The translations under genes and the position numbers were made by a program. Positions 21,185-31,225 of a DNA stretch of 31,225 bases are shown piece after piece. The DNA comes from Fonticula alba ATCC 38817 (Eukaryota > Protista > Nucleariida). Each line of letters opens with the position of its first letter. The stretch's first letter is position 1. The DNA is taken from assembly GCA_000388065.2 (NCBI GenBank), contig KB932201.1. One strand, written 5' to 3'. The notes below the pieces were generated by a model. That model was not told the DNA's origin, searched no databases, and saw only the letters and a program-made list of their open reading frames with translations.

Positions 21185-22842
21185 NNNNNNNNNNNNNNNN
21201 NNNNNNNNNNNNNNNNNNNNNNNNNNNNNNNNNNNNNNNNNNNNNNNNNNNNNNNNNNNNNNNNNNNNNNNNNNNNNNNNNNNNNNNNNNNNNNNNNNNN
21301 NNNNNNNNNNNNNNNNNNNNNNNNNNNNNNNNNNNNNNNNNNNNNNNNNNNNNNNNNNNNNNNNNNNNNNNNNNNNNNNNNNNNNNNNNNNNNNNNNNNN
21401 NNNNNNNNNNNNNNNNNNNNNNNNNNNNNNNNNNNNNNNNNNNNNNNNNNNNNNNNNNNNNNNNNNNNNNNNNNNNNNNNNNNNNNNNNNNNNNNNNNNN
21501 NNNNNNNNNNNNNNNNNNNNNNNNNNNNNNNNNNNNNNNNNNNNNNNNNNNNNNNNNNNNNNNNNNNNNNNNNNNNNNNNNNNNNNNNNNNNNNNNNNNN
21601 NNNNNNNNNNNNNNNNNNNNNNNNNNNNNNNNNNNNNNNNNNNNNNNNNNNNNNNNNNNNNNNNNNNNNNNNNNNNNNNNNNNNNNNNNNNNNNNNNNNN
21701 NNNNNNNNNNNNNNNNNNNNNNNNNNNNNNNNNNNNNNNNNNNNNNNNNNNNNNNNNNNNNNNNNNNNNNNNNNNNNNNNNNNNNNNNNNNNNNNNNNNN
21801 NNNNNNNNNNNNNNNNNNNNNNNNNNNNNNNNNNNNNNNNNNNNNNNNNNNNNNNNNNNNNNNNNNNNNNNNNNNNNNNNNNNNNNNNNNNNNNNNNNNN
21901 NNNNNNNNNNNNNNNNNNNNNNNNNNNNNNNNNNNNNNNNNNNNNNNNNNNNNNNNNNNNNNNNNNNNNNNNNNNNNNNNNNNNNNNNNNNNNNNNNNNN
22001 NNNNNNNNNNNNNNNNNNNNNNNNNNNNNNNNNNNNNNNNNNNNNNNNNNNNNNNNNNNNNNNNNNNNNNNNNNNNNNNNNNNNNNNNNNNNNNNNNNNN
22101 NNNNNNNNNNNNNNAGGGGGTGGGAGAAGCGCGTCCCTCTGTTGTCGGCCGTCTCGGCTCTTCGTGTGTTGCTGCCGCGCGTTGAGCCCGGCATATGGCC
22201 GGGTTCCTCGGGCCCCGAGCAGCGAACCGGAGCCAAGGCCGGAATGGTGCCGCAACCTGTACGTGGGGAGCCCTTGTATGTTGTTCCCCCCCTCCCCCCG
22301 GCGGAGTCAAACTCCTTTCATCATGCGCCCTCGTGGGGCCGAGGGTGCCCTCTCGCCGCGTGTGTGCGGTCTCCTGGGCCCCTGGCGTGGGGGCGCCCTG
22401 AAATGTGCGTCGTGTGGGTGTGTTGGTGAACGGCCGCGCACCCCGAAGCCGGCATGGCCCGGGTCTGGAGCACACACACCGGTCGGGCCACGGGGGGGGG
22501 GGGGGGGCCGGAGCACTAGGGGGCATCTCTCCTGGCCGAACGGAATGACGCCACATGGTGTGGGATTGGCGCAGCGGCACACCGCCCGGGCCTGGGCGGC
22601 GCTGGCCCGACATTTTGTTCCCCCCCCCCCCCCTGCACGGGGGGGGGCATTTTCCGTCCCTGCCCCGGTTGCCGTCTCTTGCCTAGAGGGGGGGGGGGCC
22701 GCCGCCCCCTGTGGCACGGGGGGGATGCTCCGGCGGTGTTTGGGCCACGAGCGGAGCGAGTGTGGGCCACACGCCGCGGAAGCTCTCCGGCCCAAAACCG
22801 CAACAGATAAAAGCCAATAGCCGGACGCCCTCTAACAAGTGT

Positions 22843-22914
22843 GGGAGATTAGTCTAGTGGTATGATTCTCGCTTCGGGTGCGAGAGGTCCCGAGTTCGAT
22901 TCCCGGATCTCCCC
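22843..22914 (+). tRNA. tRNA-Pro (anticodon CGG)
   Basis: Identical to 13008-13079 except the anticodon first base (C, 22875) and one T-stem base (A, 22893, giving an A-C mismatch). Confidence 0.93.
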
Positions 22915-22919
22915 ATGTC

Positions 22920-22924
22920 TTTTT
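22920..22924 (+). terminator. RNA polymerase III oligo-T terminator of tRNA-Pro(CGG)
   Basis: T5 run 6 nt downstream of the tRNA. Confidence 0.65.
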
Positions 22925-23919
22925 GGACCGCCGCAGCCTCAACGGTTTTTCCCAACACCCCCCCCTCCCCCCCCGGGCGGGGAGAGACAGAGAGAGGAGG
23001 GCGGCGGGGGCGTGCAACGCAGACAGAGGGCTTTGGCTTGCGCCTTCTTCTCATCCGGCGTGAAAGTGGCGCACAATCCAGCTTGGGTGGGCATCGGCAT
23101 GGGGGGGCGTTATTCTTCCATCACCGAGGGGGTATTGGCGGCCCAGGGCGCGGTGCTCACGGTGGGAGGCGGGGGGCCATGGGGGGAGTGCGACGATGGA
23201 GGTGGCCCGACAAAGACACTGCCCACAGGCCTGGGAACAACGCCTGCCGCGGGGGGAGAGAAGGGCGCGGGAAGCGTGCCGCCAGGGCTTGGGGGAGGGG
23301 GGGGGGGGGGGGGGGAGCGGGCAGCGTTGCGAATTCCACCATGGCTGTTTCTATTTCCTGCCCATGTTTCGCCCCTCGCCCCCTGATATGACCCCCGGGA
23401 CCTCCAGCCCCCCTGGGCACTGCACTCGTAACATGTTCCGCCCTCCGGCGTCGGAGCACCCTCCTGACCCAGCAGGCCGGCAGCGTCTTGCCATCTTGCC
23501 GGGGGGCCGAGGCTATTTCCGCATCTCCAAAGCCCCCGGAGAGCCGGGGGACGGTCGGGCACTGGAAAATCCCCTGCCCTTCTTCGCCCGCGTCTCCCCC
23601 GCCCCCCCCCCCCTCCACCTCGTTTTTTTTTGCGTTCCCCTCTTCTGGCTGCCGGGTACGCGCATACACGCGGGTGCGCGCGTGTGTGCACTGCACCCCC
23701 CCCCCCCCCCCCCCTTGCGTCGGTCGGCTGTTCGCCCTGGCCGACGGTCGGCCGTGAGTTCGCGCCTGAGCCCCCCAATCGAAGGCGAGTACCCACGGCT
23801 ACGGCCGATCGTCCGGCCGCCTGACCGCGCCCACGGCATCTGGCGGGGTCTGACTGGCTGCCTGCTTCTTGGCCCGCCCCCTTCTGCCCGGGCCCCCCCC
23901 CCCCCCCCCCCCCCCCCCC

Positions 23920-26900
23920 ATGCCAGCCAGCTTGTGGTACCTGGCCGCCGGCCGGCGGCTGCCACTTCTTCTGGGCTGTGTGCTTCTCCTTCTCCGGCTT
24001 GCGGCTGGCAAGGCCTCTCAACAGGCCGCCTCCGGGCCGCCTGTGCTGCCGCGCTTTCACACTCTCGTGCAGCTCGCAGATCCAGGCGCCACTCCGGCCA
24101 ATGCGCGGGATAACATCCAATTTTGCGACTTCTTCGATGCCCGGTCTCTTCAGCCCAACCTGGCTGACGGGTTTGATGATCTGTCCTACATGTCCAGTTT
24201 CTTCAATGTGGCCACCTCGCCTCTTGCCCGGGCCGGGCAGCCGTCCAGCCGGCCGCGGGAATTCATCCACGGCCCGGCCTACTCGCCGCACAGATGTCAC
24301 TCATATCCCTTTGCCCGGGAGCCGGCGGCCCCCTTCCGCATGGAGCCGGATCGCCTTTCGGCGCTGAACCCCGTGCTCACCGAGGCCTTTTCCTATGGCC
24401 GGTCCCTCCTCCATCGCGCGCACGACCACTTGGTGGATGGCCTTTACACGTTTGACCCTATGCGGCTGGTGCTCGGCACCACGGCCGCCGGTAGCCCCTT
24501 CGCCCTGCAGGCTCGAGTCCAATATGACGGCCTGGAGTTCATGTTCCTCGAGGAGAACAACTTCCCCAGCCACCACTTCATGCTTGAATATGAGGGCTTC
24601 AACTTCCTGCAGCCGACCGACCTCGACGGCGATGGCCTCGTGGATGCGGTGACCGTCGCTTGGCTGGCGGACATCATCGCCGTTGACACCGGCCATCCCG
24701 CCCCCCATGCCCATGGGGCCAGCAATGGCAGCCCTGCCAGCGATTCCGAGTCCATGGTGGCAGCCACCCCGACGTCTCCTCCCGCGCGTACCGGCGAGCA
24801 TGGGCTCTTTTGGCTCCATCGCTTCGGCGAAGCGGCCCTGGCACCCGGCAACCCGGCTGACGTGACCCTGCTGATGACCCTGCCGGATGACATCGAAGTG
24901 GGTCAGATCCTGATCGGGGACTTCGATGGGGATGGCCTGGCGTCCGATGTGGCGGTGCTTTCCGGCCGCGATTCCACCGGCCCGGCTCGCATCATCCTCC
25001 TATTGACATCCGACCTGTCGGCCCCGGTGACCATCCTCCTGGCGGACATGTCCTTCGATGACCCGGCGCTGGTTTCCCTTTCGAGCCTCGATCACACCCC
25101 GAAGGCGGCCGCCGCGCGGCTCACCGCCACCACCGGCACCGGCACCGCCACCACCCCGGCCGACGATCTGGTGGTGGCCTTCGGCTCGCGGGTGTGGCTC
25201 ATCCCCGGCCCCATCCGGCCGACCGGCAGCCCGGTGACCCATGACATCTTGGCGCTCAATTCGGTGCCCCTGCTGCCGGATCACCCAAGCACCTCGGGCG
25301 TCTGGTATTCATTGGCATTCGGGGATTTCGACGCCGATGGCCACCTGGACCTGGCCCTTGCCCATTCGGACACCGTCAATGACATCCTGCTTCTGAGCCA
25401 GGTGCACGCCACGCCGAGGTGTCTGTGTGGGCCCGGGGGCATCTGCCAGCGCGACCCGACCAGCTTCTATAGCCTTCCCTCCTGCGCGTGCGAGGACCCG
25501 CATGCCGATCTCGGCTTCAAGCTGGCCCCGTGTGAGTTTTGCCAAGTCGGCTACTTCCGGCAGACGGGTAGGTCTTGCCTTTCTCTCCGCTCTTCTGCCT
25601 CTGCCTCTTCTCCTGCTCCATCTCGGCCCCCTGCCCCGGCCTGGCCATTGACTCAAACGCCAACACCGTTCACACTCAATCAGAGAGCTCCCCCTGCCAG
25701 CAGTGCAGCGCTAGCTGTCTCACTTGTGCTGGTCCTGGCATGTCGGATTGCCTCAGCTGCCAGCCTGGCTTCGTTTTCGAATCTTCCCCGCTCCCGACCG
25801 GGCTCTGCGTGCCAGACACCACAGGCAACCAGGTGGTGGTGACCTTCCCGGACCCCGAAAGGCCGTACTATCAAGCCACCTCGGAGATTGACTTGACCAT
25901 TGGCTTCCATGTGGTGCCTTTCAACCTGCATTCGACACTGCAAAAAACCCAAACGCTTGTGGAGCTCCGGCTGCAGGAGCTCTTCACCATGCCCACCAGT
26001 AAGCCGACCCTGGTTCAGGGCATCAACCATGGGAATGGGCATGTCATCTTCCATGAAGATCGCCTTGGCGGGCACTTGCTCCACTCGAGGCTCAGCCTCG
26101 CCATCAATCGGGTCACCGTCTCGGGCCCCGCCGGTTCGATTGACATGTTCCTCCTCGGCGATCGGGGGGATGTCTGCATCGCCGAGCCGGGCAAGCCCTG
26201 TGCCCGGTTCCAGACCCAGTGGGTGAGCTGGCTGCACAATGCCCACCTGGGCCGCGTGGCCCCTCGGCCGACTCCCGGGGACCCTCCCTTTGTGGGCATT
26301 CTCTCCAATGGTCACCTTGGCACGCGGCAAGTGGTTGACTCTCACATTCACAGCGCCATCTGGCTGCAGGTCGACAACAATCTAGACCTCGACTCGGTGG
26401 TTGTCCTCCATTCGCCCCCCTCCGGCCCGTCGAAAGAGTGTCACCTTGGTTGGCAGCCACGCTTGGCCATTGACATCTTCTCCTATACCTACCCGATGAC
26501 GGCCGAGAACTTGCTCCCCCATACGCTTCCCTGTGGGCAGCTTCTTGGTCTCCCGGCTGTCGATCCTGCCACTCGGCCCCCGCTGCTGCTGGTGGTGACG
26601 GAGCCGGCCGCCGGCGAGGCGTTCGTGTACCTGCTGCGGAACCGCGGCCGCGGGAGCGACTTCCGCCCGCACTTTGACGCCCCGGTGCCGCTGTTGACCG
26701 GGGCCAACCTCGGCCACAAGACTGGCCACTCGCCAAGCAGGGTCCTGGCGACCCTGGACCCCACGGATCTGACGGCCACCGAGGCGGCGCTCTTCCTCTG
26801 GGACGGGACTTGGGTCTTCCGCGTGGTGCTACGCCAGCACGTTCCCCCGGGAGCCGGCCACTCGGACTCTGTCACTGTGCTGGTGGAGCCGCTGGTTCCG

Positions 26901-27303
26901 CGGACTTCCTTCTCGTGGCTCTCCTCCGCCAGCAACCTGGTCCTGATGCCGCTGGATGCCGATGGTGATGGGGTGGCCGAGCTGGTCATTTTCATCCCCA
27001 CCGGCTTGATGACGCTCTTCCGCCGGAGCTCCGAGCAAAATGGCTGCGGCTGCGGTCGGCTCGGTGTCTGCACCATTCCAAGCAGCTGGTCCGCCTCCCG
27101 GTGCGATGGGCCCGCAGCCGACAGCTCCTGTGTCTATGAGCCGACGGCCCTGCGGACGTCGGATCTCTGCGCCTGCGCCCCGGGATTCCAATCTCCAGCC
27201 GGTGGGTCGTCCGGTCTCTGTACGATGTGTGACTCCTCCGCCAGCGGGGGTTTCCCGCCAGAATTCGGCGGTGCGTGCCACCTGGCTCCCTGTGCCCTTC
27301 CCC

Positions 27304-27342
<39 letters not shown>

Positions 27343-30300
27343 ACATGGCCTCCCTTCGCCCTTCTGACATGCCCTCGCGCCCTTGGCCCCGTTTTCTTTG
27401 GGCGGGGGCTTCTTTTCGTCCCTTCGGCAGTCGATTGTGATGCCTGCTCGGTTGAGGGCTGCTACCTGTGCGATGCCTCGGGCGAGTGCCTGCGCTGCCG
27501 GCCGGGGCTGGTTCGTACGCCGACCGGGGGCTGTGCCCCGACCTGCCCGGACCCGGATGCACCGGTGGCGGACGCTGTCTGCCAGGCCCGGGACCCATCC
27601 GACATGTGGATCAGCTCGGCCGAGATCCCCGCACACCCCTCCTGGGCCGGTGCCAGGCTGGTCGATGTGTCGACTTTGCGCTTCGTGCACCAATCCAACA
27701 CCCCCCCGGGCACACGCGCCGCGGCCACCACCTTCCCCACGCTGCACGTTCTGCCGCCGAATGCCGTGGACTCGGACACCGTGTGGTTGCTGCCGGCCGC
27801 TCGGCTGTTGGCCGACGGCCGGCCGGCTGACTTTGGCCAGCTGCATCTGCCAGCCGCGGCTGCCTGGCTGGCGAACACCTGCCACCTTGAGGGGGTGGTC
27901 CTGCCGGCGGCCGACCACAAAGGCCCGGCCGCCGAGGATGTCGATGATGGAGCCGACGCCGGCCCAGCCATGGGGATGGCCTCGCCGGGGCCGCTGGCCC
28001 GGCTGTCGGGTCGTCCCCCGGGAGTCCCCCGGGCCTCGGGCGGGGACTTCACCGTGGCCGCAGTGTCCCAGCCGCGGCAGTTGGTTGATCATTCGGGGGT
28101 GGATATGGTCCCGTGGTCGGTCCTGAATCGGGGCGAATTCCCCGTTCCGCGGCCGTGGTTTGCGCGGCTGGCCGAGCCCTTCCCCGGGTTCGGCGAAGAG
28201 CCCGGGCCTACTCCAACGCCGCCGGTGTATTCGCAGATGTTCCACTTCCAGCGGCAACTCAACTCCTTTTACATGGTCGCCGAAATGGAGCCTGTGTTGT
28301 TTGCCCCGGCGCCCAGGGTGGACCCGTCGGACTTCCGAACGTGCACCCTGGCCAACACCATGGAGGAGGCGGCCACCCGTTTGACTGTGTACCAATCGCC
28401 GGAGCTCCAAGACCTCCGGGGTCAGCCATACTGCTCTTACTCTCGGATTTGGGTTTCCCTCCCAGCATGGGAGCTCTCCATGGTGCCGGGCCAGCAGTCC
28501 TGGTCCATGTCCCTGTCGACCATTGTCTTGCTGCATCGGCCCTCGAACGGCGAGCGTCCCAGCCTGGTTGTCCTCACCCGAGAGGAGGCATATCGCGCGG
28601 ATCAAACCGGCTGCCATTATCGCTCACTCCGGGTACCGCTGGTGGCCGGGGCGCCGGCCTTGCCCATCATCCCTCCGAGCCCCTCCCTGGCGAGCATCGT
28701 GTCGCTGCCCATCTTCCTACATGTGGCGTCGGTGCAGGAGGTCCACCCCGCCGCGGGGATCGCCGGGCCTGGCATCATTGCCGTCGGGGAGCATCCGTAC
28801 ATTGCCAACCGCTTGGTTGTGGCTCTGTCCCCCAGCGAGCCGAGCCCGGTGAATCTTCAATTCGCCTTGATGAGGCTGCTCGAGGATATGCCGTATCTGG
28901 TTTTCGTGCGGACCGACAATCTGGCGGACAGCATCATGGCCATGTCGACCGAGTGTCTGGTGGAAAACCACAAAAACTGGCAGATGCCTTCTGCCCCGGG
29001 CCCTGTGCTCCCGGAGTGGGCGTGGCCCACCACTCGGCCGCTGTATGGCTGCGCTCCGGTCTTGCTGGAAACCCGGCCGCTGGATGGCCATGGCCCGCAC
29101 GGCCGGCCGACCGTCCATTCCCGGGACATGGATGGTGATGGCTTGGACGACTTGGTGCTCCACTGGCCGACGACCAACCGCCTGGTGGTGTACTACACGC
29201 AGGTCACTGCGCCCCTTTCCTTCCGGCAGACGGTCATCCTGCCGGGAAATCCGCAGGATTCCCTGGGCACGCAGGCGGTCGAGGACCCGGCCCTGCTGAC
29301 CCCGCAGCTGTTCTTGGCGGATGTTGATGGGGATCGCTTTGTTGACATCCTGCTCTTCGACCAAGCTGCCCCGGCCGGCGTGCGTTCCTCCACTCCCTCG
29401 GGCCCGGTGCTGCGGCTGTTCGGCCGGTCGGACCAGACCAGCAACTGGTGCCCGGCCGAGGTGGACTATGACCCGGTGACGGATGAGTGCGTGTGTCGCG
29501 GGCGCTTGCGGCACCTGACCCCCCTGTCGGATGCGTGCGAGTGCATCACGCACGCGGTGCCGGTGGCCCCGGGCGCGCCGGATTGCGTCTGCCCGGTGGG
29601 NNNNNNNNNNNNNNNNNNNNNNNNNNNNNNNNNNNNNNNNNNNNNNNNNNNNNNNNNNNNNNNNNNNNNNNNNNNNNNNNNNNNNNNNNNNNNNNNNNNN
29701 NNNNNNNNNNNNNNNNNNNNNNNNNNNNNNNNNNNNNNNNNNNNNNNNNNNNNNNNNNNNNNNNNNNNNNNNNNNNNNNNNNNNNNNNNNNNNNNNNNNN
29801 NNNNNNNNNNNNNNNNNNNNNNNNNNNNNNNNNNNNNNNNNNNNNNNNNNNNNNNNNNNNNNNNNNNNNNNNNNNNNNNNNNNNNNNNNNNNNNNNNNNN
29901 NNNNNNNNNNNNNNNNNNNNNNNNNNNNNNNNNNNNNNNNNNNNNNNNNNNNNNNNNNNNNNNNNNNNNNNNNNNNNNNNNNNNNNNNNNNNNNNNNNNN
30001 NNNNNNNNNNNNNNNNNNNNNNNNNNNNNNNNNNNNNNNNNNNNNNNNNNNNNNNNNNNNNNNNNNNNNNNNNNNNNNNNNNNNNNNNNNNNNNNNNNNN
30101 NNNNNNNNNNNNNNNNNNNNNNNNNNNNNNNNNNNNNNNNNNNNNNNNNNNNNNNNNNNNNNNNNNNNNNNNNNNNNNNNNNNNNNNNNNNNNNNNNNNN
30201 NNNNNNNNNNNNNNNNNNNNNNNNNNNNNNNNNNNNNNNNNNNNNNNNNNNNNNNNNNNNNNNNNNNNNNNNNNNNNNNNNNNNNNNNNNNNNNNNNNNN

Positions 30301-31225
30301 NNNNNNNNNNNNNNNNNNNNNNNNNNNNNNNNNNNNNNNNNNNNNNNNNNNNNNNNNNNNNNNNNNNNNNNNNNNNNNNNNNNNNNNNNNNNNNNNNNNN
30401 NNNNNNNNNNNNNNNNNNNNNNNNNNNNNNNNNNNNNNNNNNNNNNNNNNNNNNNNNNNNNNNNNNNNNNNNNNNNNNNNNNNNNNNNNNNNNNNNNNNN
30501 NNNNNNNNNNNNNNNNNNNNNNNNNNNNNNNNNNNCATGGGACCTGTGCGGAGTGCTCCTCGCACCGGTCGAACTCCTGCACCGCCTGCCCGGGGGCCCA
30601 TGTTCTGGACCGCGGGTACTGCCGCGAGGCATGTCCGCGACTTGGCTTCTTCGAGGAGGCCAAAACATGCCGGGCATGTCACTCATCGTGCCTTTCCTGC
30701 ACCGGGCCCGGGGCCGGGCAGTGTGAGCTCTGCCCTCGGACCCATCTTTTCCGCGACTCCCACTGCCTGGATGGGTGCCCGCCCGGGAGCACGCCCCTGG
30801 CCGGCGAGTGCGCCGAATGTGCCGCCACCTGCCTGGACTGCGCCGGGCCCGAGGCCAGCCAGTGTACCGCTTGCGGCCCCGCCATGCCGAGTCTCTGGAA
30901 TGGCTCCTGCCTGGAGACCTGCCCAGCTGGGACCTTCCCCGGGTCGGATCCCAGCACTTCGGACACGTGTCTATTGTGCTCTTCGCTGTGTCTCGAGTGC
31001 GCCGGCCTGGCCAGTAACCAGTGCGCCGAGTGCGCCGGGGATCTGCTGCTGCACCCGGTGTATGGGTGCGCTTCGGCCTGTGGCACCGGCTTCCTGGAGG
31101 CCCAGGGCCAGTGCGTGACTTGTCACTCCAGCTGCCGGCAGTGCCAGGACTCGCCGGGCTTCTGCACCCAGTGCCCGGCGGGCAAGCTCCTCGGCACAAC
31201 GCCGGGCACGTGTGTGGACCGGTGC
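23920..31225 (+). CDS. Paralog 2 of the FG-GAP/furin-repeat receptor-like kinase, 3' truncated by the window; exons 23920-25567, 25684-27270, 27431->31225
   Basis: Signal peptide (MPASLWYL...LLLGCVLLLLRLAAG); the same six DxDxDG motifs; the same two phase-1 intron positions; furin-like repeats continue in frame after gap 29601-30535. TM and kinase are not visible and are inferred from paralog 1. Confidence 0.88.

Noticed and set aside
26160-26172. RGD tripeptide in the paralog 2 ectodomain
   Set aside because: Not conserved in paralog 1; a single RGD in thousands of residues is expected by chance.
1-31225. CRISPR array, rRNA or prokaryotic operon signals
   Set aside because: No repeat-spacer periodicity or rRNA motifs; spliceosomal introns show the sequence is eukaryotic.

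Overview
GC-rich eukaryotic scaffold with six N-gaps. Intron style (GTGCG/GTA donors, CTGAC branch points, poly-C or (CT)n tracts) and gene content suggest a unicellular opisthokont such as the aggregative amoeba Fonticula alba; this is inference from recollection, not a database match. Layout: (1) a ~2,950-aa, 9-exon receptor-like Ser/Thr (TKL-type) kinase gene at 701-10559, with signal peptide, three ectodomain modules carrying six DxDxDG FG-GAP/VCBS-like motifs, a furin-like Cys-rich stalk, one TM helix and an intact kinase; (2) tRNA-Pro(AGG); (3) a pseudogenised Ty3/Gypsy LTR retrotransposon (gag, PR-RT-RH-IN) with one full LTR, one internally deleted LTR and a third, inverted LTR 4 bp from the second; (4) tRNA-Pro(CGG), 70/72 identical to the first; (5) a paralogous receptor gene from 23920 running off the window. 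Strongest signals: the receptor paralogs have very divergent N-terminal heads but base-identical stalk segments with reciprocal assembly gaps (possible diversifying recognition-receptor array), and the retroelement has no tRNA primer site but a post-LTR sequence complementary to its own LTR interior (Tf1-like self-priming).
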